Notes: generated from the sequence alone by a model not told the origin. Positions 40,519 to 55,244 are shown, counted from the first letter of the stretch. The stretch is 64,000 bases of DNA from Octopus vulgaris (GCA_951406725.2 OX597815.1:50096001-50160000); one strand, 5' to 3'. Translations and numbers: made by a program.

Positions 40519-41410
40519 CAGTGGTTCTTGACCATTTTTTGCATGTAGACCCCTTTGATTACCATTTTGCTCTATTGGACCCTTGTAACCAGTTGAAGTT
40601 TTAAAATGTCCCATTATATTTTTATATTATTAGGAATTATTCTTTTATCCTTTTACTTGTTTCAGTCATTTGACTGCAGCAATGCTGGGGCACTGCATTG
40701 AGGGGTTTTAGTTGAAGAAATTGACCCCAGGATTTATTTTTTAAGCCTAGTACTTACACTACCAGTCTCTTTTGCTGAACAGCTAAGTTATAGGGATGTA
40801 AGCACACCTATTGGTTGTGGGGCAGTGATGGGGGGACAAATACAGACAAAAAAGATACACACACACACATATATGACAGGTTTCTTTAAGTTTCCTTTTA
40901 CCAAATCCATCCACAAGGTTTTGGCTCGGCTCAAGACTATAGTAGAAGACACTGGCCCAGTTTGCCATGCTGTGGGACTGAACCTGGAACCATGTGGTTG
41001 GGAAGCAAGCTGTTTATTTCTTTATTACCCACAAGGGGCTACACATAGAGAGGACAAACAAGGACAAACAAAGGGATTAAGTCAATTACATCGACCCCAG
41101 TATGTAACTGGTACTTAATTTATCGACCCCAAAAGAATGAAAGGCAAAGTCGACCTCAGCAGAACTTGAACTCAGAATGTAAAGACTGATGGAATACTGC
41201 TAAGTATTTCGCCCGGCGTGCTAACGTTTCTGCCAGCTCGCCCCAAGCTTCTTACCACAGTCATCTCTGTGCCTATAAAAAAATTGTATAGAAAATTTAG
41301 ATATTTTGAGTATTGTAGAAGTATAACTGATCTATTGCACATAATTTTTAACATCTAAATTTTATATGGACCCCACCAAGGGTCATGTGGACCCTGGTTG
41401 CGAACCACTG
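40519..41410. mobile_element. hAT-type MITE containing SINE A (40640-41276, minus), which itself contains SINE B (41012-41243, minus)
   Basis: TIRs CAGTGGTTC...GAACCACTG with degenerate 8-bp flanks GTTTAGAG/CCTTAGAC. The inner TSD CAAGCT is at 41006-41011 and 41244-41249. Confidence 0.8.
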
Positions 41411-43457
41411 CCTTAGACTTTTATCACTTCATACTTTATAACCATTCAATTATATAGAACACCACTTAAATATTTTATTTTTTAATTTCAACAAATTTGG
41501 TGTAGAATTATATTCCATGCTTATTTTTTGTGTTTTGATAGAATTTCCAAAGTGTCAGTTGTAATACTTGCTCTGGATCTTTATGTTCGAAGTCCAAATC
41601 TCACTGAGGTCAACTTTGTCTTCTGGGGGTTGATAAAATAAATGGCCAGTCAATTCCTAGAGGTGATTTAATTGACTAACACCTCCTTCTATATTTTTGA
41701 CCCTGTATGTACATTACAAATTATTACAGTGCATTGGGTTGGTAGAAGTAGAGCTTCTAACAAAAATTCTTTGTGACATTTGTCCTGGTTCTTTGATTTA
41801 TAAGTTCAAATTTTGCTGAGGTCAACTAATTTTTTATCATTTAGGATTGTCAAAATAAAGTACCAGTTAATTACTGGGGTTGATTTTATTGACTCACAGT
41901 TTCCCCACCACCACCACCACAATCTAGTTATCTCATCTAACCCATGCCAGCACATAAAACACAGACGTAAAAATGACAACAATGATTTCATAAAAGAGTT
42001 GAACCCAGTAAGGTTAAAATTCAGAATATAGACTGACATAACTAAATACTGTAATGAGTTTTGCTTTTGCTCTATTAGCCATCCTTTAGCCATGGAAATA
42101 ATAATAGTAATAATATTTATAATAGCATGTAGTCATCTATTGTTTACTTCATTTGTTTTTTTATGACTTTTTAATGCATTTTTTTATTTTTTGCCTGAAA
42201 TCATGTAACAAGAAATGGCTTTGTGCTTTAGTATAATTTATTTGGATAAAGTATCTGATAAAATAGGCTAGTCAGAAATAATAATAAAAAACACAAAGAA
42301 AAATGTAACGAAGGCCATAATAAAAGAATACCAAAATTGTTCCACACACATTCTACTTCTATTGATTGATATTCTATTTTGTGAAAATGCAAATATGTGT
42401 GAAGCTTCTGGTGAGTTCATCCCCCATCATAAGCTTTATTATTATTTTTTTTTTTGGCTCTTTTTGTTTTGTTTTTTCTTTTGTATTTAATGAACATATG
42501 GAGAAGTGTTTATAAACTGTTCAACAGCACAGATGCTTAACTGTGAAAGATGCCTAATGAAATGGCAGTTTAAAGTGATAACATGAAACCAGACGGTAAC
42601 ATCAACTGAATGAATGGTAATAATTTAGAAAACACAAATGCCAGATGACCTAATACATCTTAATTATTTGAGAGCATCTCATGTATTCAATATGAATAAC
42701 CAATAACATAGCTGGGTACACTTCTAAGAATAAAAGAAAAGAAAGAAACTCTATGAAATTAGTTAGTAGAAAATGGCTGTGATAGTTAGCAGTGAGAGCT
42801 ATTAATTAAATGAATTATTTTAAAATCAGAGTGATGTGTGAAAGCATATAAATAAATAAATAAATAAATTGCAAATATTCCCATTTTTAATTATTTTCTT
42901 TTTGATGCTAGAGCACAGCAATGTTTGAAAAATGTCAAAATGTTCAGGTAGAAATTGATTATATCAATGGAAGTAAGACAAAAATAACGATTAAGGATTT
43001 AACACTTCATTGTGTACCACAAAATTCAGTTTCCACAATACAACATAATCAAGAACTTCTAGAAATAGCAGTCAAATCTTTCTTAAATTGTCTCTGTTGT
43101 CATATCTTTTTTTTGTTTTTTACTTGATTCAGTCATTAGACTGTGGCCATGCTGAGGCAGAACCTGAATAAATGTACTTAAATAAATAAACTCCAATACT
43201 TATTTTAATTTAAACCTGGTACTTATTCTACCAGTCTCTTTTGAAGAAATGTAAACCCACACCAATATTGGTTGAATATATACAACATATGCAACCAACT
43301 ACTCTAAAATTGGGTGCCTCAGTTTAAATTATGTATGATGGCTTGATTAATTGCTTGACTTTCACAGCACCTTCTTTGATAACAAGGAAAGCTATTTTTG
43401 TTCTGTTGGTGATTGGTAAATATACCAGCAGGGAATATAAAGAAAAGGAATTTTATA

Positions 43458-44032
43458 CATCATCATCATCCTCATCATCATTATCATCTGTTTTCCATGC
43501 TGGCATGGGTTAGATGGTTTTACTGGAACTGGTGAGTCGGAGAACTGCACCAAGTTCCAGTCTGATTTGGCATGGTGTACAGCTGGATGCCCTTCCTAAT
43601 GCCAACCACTGTAATGAGTGCTTTTTATATGCCACCTGCACAGGTGCTTTTATATGCCACCAACATGGGTGCCAGTTATATGACACTAGCATCAGCTACA
43701 ACAATGATTTTCACTTGGCTTGATGAGTCTTCTCAAGCATGGCATATTGCCAAAAGTCTCAGTCACTTGACCTCACCACGATGAGGCCCAACGTTCATGC
43801 TTCACCACCTCATCCCATGTCTTCCTGGGTCTACCTTTTCCACAGGTTCCCTCCACAGTTAGAGACTGGCACTTCTTTACACAGCTGTCCTCATCCATAC
43901 ACACCACATGACCATATCAGTGCAGTCAACTCTCTTGTACACCACATCTGATGCCTCTTATGCCCAACTTTTCTTTCAAGATGCTCACACTCTATCATGC
44001 ATTCACACTGACATTGCACGTCCAGTGAAGCA
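43458..44032 (-). mobile_element. RTE-clade LINE 3' end (ORF C-terminus plus 3' UTR)
   Basis: MLHWTCNVSV..LKEKLGIRGIRCGVQE..YGHVVCMDEDSCVKKCQSLTVEGTCGKGRPRKTWDEVVKH, with stops; (GAT)n tail. Confidence 0.85.
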
Positions 44033-44060
44033 TATGTATATATATATATATATATATATA

Positions 44061-44132
44061 CACTTTAATTAAAGCATATATATACACTTTAATTAAAGCA
44101 TATATATACACTTTAATTAAAGCATATATATA
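44061..44132. repeat. Minisatellite, 3 x 24 bp (CACTTTAATTAAAGCATATATATA)
   Basis: Exact units start at 44061, 44085 and 44109. Confidence 0.9.
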
Positions 44133-44778
44133 CTTCAATTCAAAAGCTACGGACATCTGACATTCAAAAACTGACAAATATGCGGAGAGAAGTGACATAA
44201 AAAAAGAAATGAATTATACTTATGATTAACTTTTTAGCATTAAATATTAGGTGAACAGACAGAACTTCATATGCTTTGTGTGTGTATGTGTGTCAGTTGA
44301 GAATCCAGCTCAAAGATTTTGAGGAATAAATAGTTACCACTTTGTTACCACTACTAAATCCACTTTAGCCTGGGATGATAGTAACTTAGTACCTGCCAAG
44401 AGCCCCAGTAGTAGGTCAAATAACCAAAAATGTTCCTATGGTTAAAGTATACAGGATTTGAACAAAGGCTGGACCCCAAACATGTTACACAAGTCCACCA
44501 AAGTGCAAACATGCACAAATGTTTCATGAACCAGTCCCTCAGCCTGTGAGTTAAATTGGCCCATTGCCTCAATGGTAAGCTTAGGAAAGCATCAAACTTA
44601 GCTGGGTAAACTGCAAATAAATCAATACAAGCCAAGATGATACCATTGTTATATCTTTCCAAAGAAAATTCATAGATCTTCAGAACGAAGTCTATGATTA
44701 CTGAGGAGAAAGATATGAACAAGCATACACACATATACAAAAGACTGAGTGAGTTAGAAAAAGATTGAATATGTTTAA

Positions 44779-44997
44779 CTCTTTAGCATTTGGATTACTC
44801 TAGCAAATATAATGCTTATATATTTACATTATTTTGAATACTTATGCATGGTCTTGTAGCTTTATGATTTCAATGATGTGACTCTTTACTTTAGGAATGA
44901 TATTGTAGGATAGGTGTAAGAGGCCAGATCTGGCTGATTTGAACATAAATCAAGAAGAATATTTGGGTCAAATAGGGCCAGTTTATATGCTAAAGGG
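44779..44997. mobile_element. piggyBac-type MITE, inverted relative of 15100-15305
   Basis: TTAA-CTCTTTAGCA...TGCTAAAGGG-TTGA, with internal similarity (GCCAGATCTGG, TGTAGG.TA.GTGT). Confidence 0.7.
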
Positions 44998-45034
44998 TTG
45001 AAATATGATTTTTATTAGACAAATAACAAACAAG

Positions 45035-45242
45035 CACAAGTGAGGCTGTGTGGTAAGAAATTTGTTTTCCAACCACTAGATTCCAGGTTCAGTTCCACTG
45101 CATGGTACTTTGGGTAAGTGTCTTCTCTAATAGCTCTGGGCCAACCAAAGCCTTGAGAGTGGCTTTAATAGATGGAAAATAAAAGAGGCATGTTGTGTGT
45201 ATGTGTGCAGATATATGTACACACACATACATATATATACTA

Positions 45243-45292
<50 letters not shown>

Positions 45293-45515
45293 CCAGATGT
45301 GTTTATTTGTTATGTGTTTGTCCACCACCACCACTTGACAATTGGTATTTGTTTCTTTACACCCCCTTAACTTAGTGGTTCAGCAAAACAGACTGATAGA
45401 ATAAGTACCAGGCTTAAAACTAGGCACTGGGGTCGATTAGTTTAACTAAATCCTTCAAGACGGTGCCCCAGCATGACCACAGTCTAATGAGTGAAACAAG
45501 TAAAAGATAAAGAAT
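45035..45515 (+). mobile_element. SINE family A, full length with expanded internal microsatellite
   Basis: Colinear with 57971-58367. Confidence 0.8.
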
Positions 45516-45661
45516 AAACAATGATTTGTGTAAAGAAATGTGTTTTATTATGAAACAAATTGTCGTCTATTTCATTGAAAATCTTAGTTAATTTCCACAA
45601 TGAACACTAGATATTTCTTCTATTTGTTTTAAATTTCTTATAACAATATTTATCTACTACT

Positions 45662-45840
45662 AAGGTAACAAGCTGGCAGAATTGTTAGAATTCTGGGCAA
45701 AATAGTAGCATTTTGTCTGTCTTACATTCTAAGTTCAAATTCCACTAAGGGTAACTTTGCCATTCATCCTTTCAGGGTCGATGTCATCAACTTACTCCCT
45801 CCCTTAACTTGTTGGCCTTGTGCCCAAATTTGAAAGCAAT
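45662..45840 (+). mobile_element. SINE family B, diverged
   Basis: AGCTGGCAGAATTGTTAG...AGTTCAAATTCC...AACTTTGCCATTCATCCTTTCAGGGTCGAT. Confidence 0.65.
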
Positions 45841-47981
45841 ATTACAGCTACTGTAGTTCACATTATATATTGTACATGGTTTAACAAACAGCTTTCAGAC
45901 ATTTCTTCAGCAAGAAATAGGTATAAAAGTCTCATAGATGACTACCTCATCTAGGTAACTAAATCAATTTAAGTGTAATTAATGTTCTTAAATATTCACT
46001 GCATGCCTTAACATGAATGCAAAAGAGAACAAATAACAAAAATAAAACAAGGAAAAGAACCAATAAAAATATCAACTTCCATGATTTAGTATTTCATTTG
46101 ATTATTCTAAAGTTTTATAGAATAATCTCCTGCTTGTTTAGCTTTTTTTTTTCCTCACCCCCTATTTGAAATACGTCTGCTTGATTTCAGTTCTGTCACA
46201 GAGATATACTACACATGAATAACTTTCTACTCTACATTTCATAAATTTTTACAACCAGAACATTGAATTGTCACTAAATCTGACAACAATTCCAAGAAAC
46301 TTTTCAAAAGCACCACTCAGCATATAATTATTATTCAGTTTCTTATTACCCACCACCACCATCATCACCAATAACACCTTTTTGATTTTTTTCTTGAATC
46401 TTCTGTCAATATATATTTCTCTTATTCATTTATTAAATTTTTTAGTTTTCAAAAAATTATAAAAGAATATTCACAATATTCACTCAAATGTATGTGTTAA
46501 TATGATGTCTTCAACCTTTTCATTATCAGTGTTTGTTTTTATCTCTAGTTTTTTTTAAAATTTTTCTTATTTTCTCTATTTGATTATCTTTTTTATATTT
46601 CTGTATATTAGGCTAGGTAGATAGAACAAATGTATTGATATCAAAATCTTAAAAATTATTAAGCCTCGAAAATAAAAATATCTTTTTTATGTATATTTGT
46701 TTTTCCTGTTTTTGTTTTTTTAGAGGATTTTATCATTTTCCAAAAATACATACTTCACCAAGACGAACTGTGATTGCAGTTTTATCAATAAATTGTTTTA
46801 ATTTTTTTTTTTTACTGCATTTTCATATTATGATATATGTTTATTTTGAAATTTTTTTTGTAGAAATAGACTGAAACCGATAATAACAGAGTAATAACTT
46901 ATATTTAAAAGACAAAAATGGAAATGATAGTGAAAGTAGCAGAATCAAGAATCTAGCCCCAGAGACAAGTCCATGGTTGGTTTGTAGATAAAAAAGACAT
47001 TTTCTTTTTCTAAGGCTCACTGAAAATTTGATAAAAGTTATATAATAATATCTATAATAAATATTTAACTTTTCAACAGATTCAATTTGTTTTAAGAATT
47101 AACTTTGTGCTGTGTTACTTTATTTTTATAAATTTTGTGTCATGTTTATTTCACCGAGAATAAACTATTAAGTTATAAAACTGAATATGGTCACTTGTTT
47201 TATTTGAGTGGGCATTTTTAATTGACACCAGAGACAAAAAAAAGTCGATAATTAACAGACCAAGAAACAGAAGATCAAACAGTCTTCAAATAATTCAGTA
47301 AAGGAGAAAAAAATTTTAAAAAAATAAAATAACACATGCTTGGAAAACAGCTATGTTTAAGAGCAAAAGACCAAATTACCAAACAAGAATCAAAAACCAA
47401 AATTATGATTGGAATTTAATAGAGTTAAACAAGAATTTCTCACAAATTAATATAACAAAAAAGAAAAAAACAGTATATTTCATCAATAAAGAATCAGGTT
47501 TTTATATCACTGGAAACAGGTTTTAAACATTTTCCACGGCATTAATTTCACTTACCAAAAGCAAATTCTTCCTCTAATATTTCTTTGATATGGAACTTAA
47601 AGTTGTTATTTATACACAAGGTGTGTGTAAGCACTCATTTTCTCTTTATCTAAAATACGATGGGTTCATATCTATCCAGTAAAGACACTAAGAATCTATT
47701 ACACAAACATAGTACCAAAGTCAAACAAAGTTATATTCAGAAACAGATATTTCTGTTATGCATCTGATACATGTGTGTGTATATGAGATACATATACATA
47801 GGCTCAGGCATTGCTGTGTGGTAACAAGCTTGCTTCTTAACTACATGGTTATGTGTTCAGTCACACTGTGTGGCACCTTGGGCAAGTGTCTACTAATATA
47901 GTCTCGGGCTGACCAAAGCCTTGTGAGTAGATTTGGTAGCCAGAAACTGAAAGAAACCTGTTTTATATATATATACATCTA

Positions 47982-49513
47982 CAACCAAGACCACACTAAT
48001 AGCTTAAGAGTGAAATTTGGGATTTTTCAGTTTTCTGTGAATTGACTTTGATAAAACTTTTCCCAACTGGTTTGCACACTATGGCAACACCATTGTGGTT
48101 TTCATTATTCTATGTAACATCCTACTTTTTTATTTCAGATTCTTCAGTTTTGGGATGAACCACACTAATAGCTTTTGAATGAAAATAACCCATCTAGACA
48201 TTATTTTTTTCAGAAAAGGAAGGGTAATGATACATATTAAGCATATATTGAGTATATATTTAACAGAAAACCATAATAATGTTATTACATTTATTGACAT
48301 AATGAATTATTTTGCAACATGAGCATCATTTCAACAGATAACTTAAAAAACCTTATTAGTCATGGAATCTGTCAATTTCTTAATAGTAGCAAGCTGGACT
48401 GCCTCTGTTGCAGCTTTGATGGTCACCCATAAGACATCTTTCGACATAAATTGGCGTCCATCGGCATAAACATCTTATTTAATAATGGACCAAAGATTTC
48501 GATAGGGTTGAGATCCAGACATGCTGGCAGCCACACCATCAACTTTTCACCTTGTATGCCATAAGACTCTAGTAATGTTTGGATGGTCCTAGCAGAGTGG
48601 GAGGGAGCATTGTCTTGCATGAATATGAGATTCCTTAAAAGTGACAGCAGTATGTCATCTATCCAGTGATCCAAGACCTCCTTCTGGAATTTGTATTAGG
48701 TGGCTGTGGTCACTTTAACCACTTCAGGCACCCTGACTGGGCCTACAGGTCTGTCCCCAATGATATCAGCACCACCCTGTTGTTGATGTCATAAACATTG
48801 GTGAAGCTCATCTCCAAAATAGACCCAACCATTTGACCAACCATCAAGTCCATCAAGAGTCATCCTGGTTTCATCAGTGAACAGAACACAACTCGTGTCT
48901 AATGTCATGTACCTTTGAGCCCTTTGAAGCCTCAAAATCCTATGACAGGGCGTTAAAGGAGGCAGTTTCAGAAGCACAGAAGCCATGGTCCTAAGGATGC
49001 AATTTCTGGTGGTTTTCAGTACAAGAGGAAGTCCAGAGGTGGTGAAAATGGCTTTGCTTGTTTGTCCAGGTTTTCCATGTAACTAGTAGACAATATTCCT
49101 TAAATTCCTAACTGTCACAGTCTTGGAGGTTCCTCAGTTGGATCGTTTCTTCCTTGGCAAAGTGTTCTTCAGGAATTGTCTAACCGTGTCCACATGACAA
49201 CCTAACTTCTCTGCAATGACATGAAGAGAAGTGCCTTTAGCATTTTTCTTGATGATGACAGACTTCTCTTCATCATTAAGGTCTTTTCCACATCTCATTG
49301 TTCTTAGAGAAGAGAGAAGCTATTAGCATCGTTCACCCCAAAACTGAAGAATCTGAAATAGAAAAAAGAAAGGACATTATACAGAATAATAAAAACATAA
49401 CAATGGTTAGCTATAGTGTGTAAACCAGCTGGGATAAGTTTTATCAAAATCGATTCACAGAAAACTGAGAAATCCTAAATTTCACACCTAAGCTATTAGC
49501 ATGGTTCTGGGTG
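47982..49513 (-). mobile_element. Full-length Tc1-like transposon, DD37E (TRT-like), with ~200-bp IR/DR termini, inactive
   Basis: TA flanks. The long TIRs (47982-~48178, ~49317-49513) each carry two copies of a CTAATAGCTT-containing direct repeat. Length 1532 bp. Confidence 0.9.
48308..49298 (-). pseudogene. DD37E transposase pseudogene
   Basis: MRCGKDLNDEEKSVI..IAEKLGCHVDTVRQFL (HTH), VLFTDETRMTLDGLDGW, FMQDNAPSH and WLPACLDLNPIE, with 37 residues between D2 and E. Stops and frameshifts are present. Confidence 0.85.
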
Positions 49514-49898
49514 TATGTCTGTGTTTGTCCCTCCAACCCACTGCTTGACAACTAGTGCTGCTGTGTTTACTTTTCAGTAAGTTAGCAGTTTGGCAAAAGA
49601 GTCTGATAAACTAAGTACCAGGCTTTAAAAAAAGTACTGAAGCTGATTCATTTTACTAAAAATTTCATCAAGGTGGTGTCCCAGCATGGCCACAGTCTGA
49701 TGACTGAATCAAGAGAAAGATAAAAGTATGAGTGCATCTATGTATTACATATAGCCTGTTTGCATGTGTGATATTACATGCAATGTGCTTGTATATATGA
49801 TACCTATTTGAGGGTTTGATGTAAATTTATTTATGTGAAACAAGCCTGTGTAAATGTGATATGCATGTGTAATGCAAGTTTGTGTGTGTAATAAATAC

Positions 49899-50269
49899 TT
49901 ACTCTTTTACTTGTTTCAATCATTTGGCTGTGGCCATGCTGGAGCACCACCTTTAGTCAAGCAAATCGACCCCGGAACTTATTCTTTGTAAGCCTATCTG
50001 TCTCTTTTGCTGAACTGCTAAGTGACACACCAGCATCGGTTGTCAAGCAATACTAGGTAGACAAACACAGACACACACACATATATATATATATATACAT
50101 ATATACGACGGGCTTCTTTCAGTTTCCGTCTACCAAATCCACTTACAAGGCTTTGGTCGGCTCAAGGCTATAGTAGAAGACACTTGCCCAAGATGCCACG
50201 CAGTGGGACTGAACCCGGAGCTATGTGATTTGTAAGCAAGCTACTTACCACACAGCTACTCCTGTGCCT
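49899..50269 (-). mobile_element. SINE family A
   Basis: Reverse complement is colinear with 57971-58367. Confidence 0.85.
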
Positions 50270-51217
50270 ATTGTGCATTGTGCAATCAAATTTGTGTGCA
50301 CATGCATGTACGTAATAGAAGTTTGTGCAATGCAATTAGTGCATGTCTGATATATGTTTGTGATGCATGTATAAGATGCATGTTTTAGTGAGGGGTATAT
50401 CTTTGAGTGAGTGATATATGTCTACATATGTTCATACATGGTAGTGCTCCAGCATGGTCACAGTCAAAAGACAAACAAGTAAAAGAGAAAAAGAATATGT
50501 GTAATAAATATTTACATGTATGTGAGCATGATGATGTTTACATGATGAATGCTTATGTTTGTGTAATGAGTATCTAGCTGTAAATATGACATGTATATAT
50601 AGGAGAGTTTGTGTGTACGTGTAATGTAAAATAGCTTTGTCTTATTTTAAGCAACATAATAAAGTGAAATGTTACACAATGATTTTTGTATCATATGCTA
50701 AGATATAACAGTACAAATTGTTATATGTGTGTGCATATTCTTGTTTAATTGATTTGTGTAGTTGATACATTAAATGTGCACTGAATGAAGGGTTCAAGTA
50801 CTCTTTGTGGAGCTGAAATAATATCTAATATTAATAGTAAATGTTTACATCAAAGTTGCACCATTAAAACTTGCTTCTCAAAACAGTCTGTCTTCAGAAG
50901 GCTGATTCATATCTTGTTGTATGGTATAAAAAATTGTATATTGTATGATATATCATATAATGAATATGTGTTATATCTTATATAAAAATTGTGTGTATAT
51001 GTGTGCGTGTGTGTGTATGTATACAAATATGTATACATATACATATGTTTATATATATATATATATATGCATATATATGTATATATATAGATAGACAGAT
51101 GCATATATGCATTTATATATATAGATATATATGTATATATATATAGATATATATATGTATGTATGTATATATGCATGTATATATGTATGAATATGTATGC
51201 ATATGTTTATATATAAG

Positions 51218-51257
<40 letters not shown>

Positions 51258-51387
51258 TGTATGCATATATATTTATAGGTAGATAGATAGATAGATAGAT
51301 AGATGTATATATGCATATGTGTATGTATATATTTGTATGTATGTGTGTGTGCATATGTATATATATGTATATATGTATCTAAATATA

Positions 51388-51428
<41 letters not shown>

Positions 51429-51451
51429 GTATATGTATGTGTGTATGTATT

Positions 51452-52205
51452 TATCATCATCATCATCATCAGTAATGTCTCTTTTCGATTCTGGCATGGG
51501 TTGGACGGTTTAACATGGAGCTGGCCAGCCAAAGAACTGTCCAGACACCAATTATCTCTTTTGGCATGGTTTCTATGACTGAATGCCCTTCTTAACACTA
51601 AACACTTAACAGAGTATGTGGGATGCTTTCTGCATGTTACCAGCATGAGTGCATTTATGTAGCACTGGCACAAGTGCCTTTTATGTGGCACAGGCACATG
51701 CAAAGGACAAGCCTGTATGTATGGATGACACCGATTTTACTTAGTTTGTTGCATCTTCTCAAGTACAGCAAATCACCACAACTTCTAGTCCTTGTCATTT
51801 CTTCAGAGAGGGCCAGCATCCAAAGATTCTTGCTCACCACTTCATCCCATGCCTTCCTGGGTCTGCTCTTTCCATAGGTTTCCTTCACAATTAGAGCTTT
51901 GCATTTCCTTATTCAGCTGTACTCATCTATATGCATTACATGACCAAACCAGTGCAGTCTTCTCTCTTGCACACAATATCTGAGGCCTCTTATACCCAGT
52001 TTTTCATTTAAGTCAATTACATTCTGTCATCTGTGCACACTGACATTATTCATCCAGTGAAGCATGCTACCTGCATTTCTTTCAAGCCTTCACCAGTTCT
52101 CTGTCATCAAAGCCCATGTTTCACTGTCATGTGACATAACTGTATGTACACAGGCATCATACAACTTGCCTTTCACTCAGAGGGAGTGGCCCTTAGTTAC
52201 CAACA
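51452..52205 (-). mobile_element. RTE-clade LINE 3' end
   Basis: Minus translation includes VKGKLYDACVHTVMSHDSETWAL, RLERNAGSMLHW and GKSRPRKAWDEVV; (GAT)n tail. Confidence 0.85.
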
Positions 52206-52375
52206 TAATGTGTGTGTATATATATATATATTATTAATACTGTTACCCCAACCGCCACTACGAAGTTCCTGCAATACATCTACGGATAACAACAGGTAAT
52301 CATAACTGTGTCAGTGCTTTGCTCATCATCTATTTATACATTTCGTATAATTTCTCCATTATATATATATGTATA

Positions 52376-52432
<57 letters not shown>

Positions 52433-52500
52433 TCAGTTATTTATGTACATGTGGGTGTGCGTGTGTGTATATTTGTATGTGTGTGTATGTATGCATGTAT

Positions 52501-52783
52501 ATCATCATCATCATCATCGTTTAACGTCCGCTTTCCATGCAAGCACGGGTTGGACGGTTCGACTGGGGTCTAGGAAGCCAGGAGGCTGCACCAGGCTCAG
52601 TCTGATCTGGCAGTGTTTCTACAGCTGCATGCCCTTCCTAATGCCAACCACTCCATAAGTGTAGTGGGTCCCTTTTTACGTGCTACCGGCACAGGTGCCA
52701 GGCGAGGCTGGCAAAGGCCACGATTGGTGCTTTTTACGTGCCACCAGCATGGAGGCCAGTCGAGGCAGCGCTGGCAACGACCA
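52501..52783 (-). mobile_element. RTE 3' UTR fragment
   Basis: Reverse complement of the tail seen at 4575-4920. Confidence 0.8.
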
Positions 52784-52906
52784 ATAATAATAATAATAAA
52801 AAAAAACCCCAGCAAAGTCTCCCTCTGCCAACACTGATGATCATCAACCTAGACTTCATTGTACATCACAGTTTGGGTGAACTGGTACTACATTTGGAGG
52901 CCCAAC

Positions 52907-53893
<987 letters not shown>

Positions 53894-54338
53894 ACAATGT
53901 TCCGGGTCTTTGCATTGTGAGTTCAAAACTTGTCACATCACTGAAAACTGATCAGGAGTTGTAATCAACAGTACTCACATTAAGAAAACACAAAGCCTTC
54001 ACAACTAGCTATTCATATCTACACTTTATACATATAGATATATCTATAATTATGCAAGAATTATCAATAACAAATTGCTTACAGTTTTCCCATTTCCTTA
54101 TAAATCTGTGCATTATATACATAATATTTATACTAGACAATGAGTGAGCCCTTATATGTTCACTGAACATGCTAGAAATAATAACCAAAGTTACTTCAAA
54201 ACAAAAAGAAATCTGATGATCTAACTTTTCTCCATGCTCTGATATAGACTGGCACTTTATCGACCACAAAATGCAAAAGAACTTCAAACTTACAGCAAAG
54301 AGAACACAGAAAAACACCACAGCTTGCATTCTCTCTTT

Positions 54339-54394
<56 letters not shown>

Positions 54395-54675
54395 TCTGTC
54401 TACTATAATGAGGAATATGTCCAAAATTGATAAAGATCATCTGCAATCACTTCAGCACCTGATACGTGGTATACTGTACATGTGTTCCGGCAATGTCAGT
54501 TTGATGGTGGGACTGAGCTATATACAGCATATACATTTGATCACTATAAACGAAGCATTTGTGCAGGTTGTTTGGCAAAAATGCTGAATATTTATACATC
54601 ATCTTCAACAGAAGAGCCTATCATATACATAAATATATACATTTGTGTGTGTATGTATGTATGTATGTACATATT

Positions 54676-54860
54676 CAAAGTTGAACACACATAAATGAGG
54701 TTTGTGTGTTGTTAGTTCGTGAGGCAGCTACATTTTTTAGGTGTAAGAGAATATAATTTTAATGCCCTGGGCATTGAAATTATATTCTCTTACACCTAAA
54801 AAGCAGCCGCCCGACAAACTAACAACACATACACCTCGTTTATGTGTGTGTTCAACATTG
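54676..54860. mobile_element. ~185-bp palindromic (hairpin) MITE-like element
   Basis: Centre AATGCCC-T-GGGCATT at 54768. The inner ~35 bp are almost perfectly self-complementary and the outer arms are imperfect. Confidence 0.75.
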
Positions 54861-54885
54861 TTTGTATCAAGCTGCTTCTAATTTA

Positions 54886-55212
54886 TGGCTCAGTGGTTAG
54901 AGCTTCGAGCTTACGATCATGAGATTGAGAGTTCGATTCCTAGACTGGGCTGAGTGTTGTGTGCTTGAGCAAGACACTCTGTTGTACGTTGCTCCAGTTA
55001 ACTCAGCTGTAGAAATGAGTTGTGATGTTACTGGTGCTAAGCTGTATTGGCCTTTGCCTTTCTCTTGGATAACATCAATGGTGTGGAGAGGGGAGGCTGG
55101 TATGCCTGGGCAACTGCTGTTCTTCCACAAACAACCTTGCCTGGACTTTGTGCCTGGGAGGGTAACTTTCTAGGTGCACTCCCATGGTCATTCATGACCG
55201 AAGGGGTTCTCA
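54886..55212 (+). mobile_element. tRNA-derived SINE, family D
   Basis: TGGCTCAGTGGTTAGAGC (A box) and GAGTTCGATTCC (B box); colinear with 5908-6245. Confidence 0.8.
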
Positions 55213-55244
55213 GTGGAATATATATATACACATACATACATACT

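Larger units (their letters stand above)
47800..49727 (+). mobile_element. SINE family A split by a Tc1-like transposon
   Basis: The 5' half (47800-47981) and 3' half (49514-49727) rejoin into one SINE. Confidence 0.85.

Noticed and set aside
44354-44740. 128-aa minus ORF with IDLFA, reminiscent of DIRS RNase H or integrase
   Set aside because: Only one short motif, with no other conserved residues or element structure.
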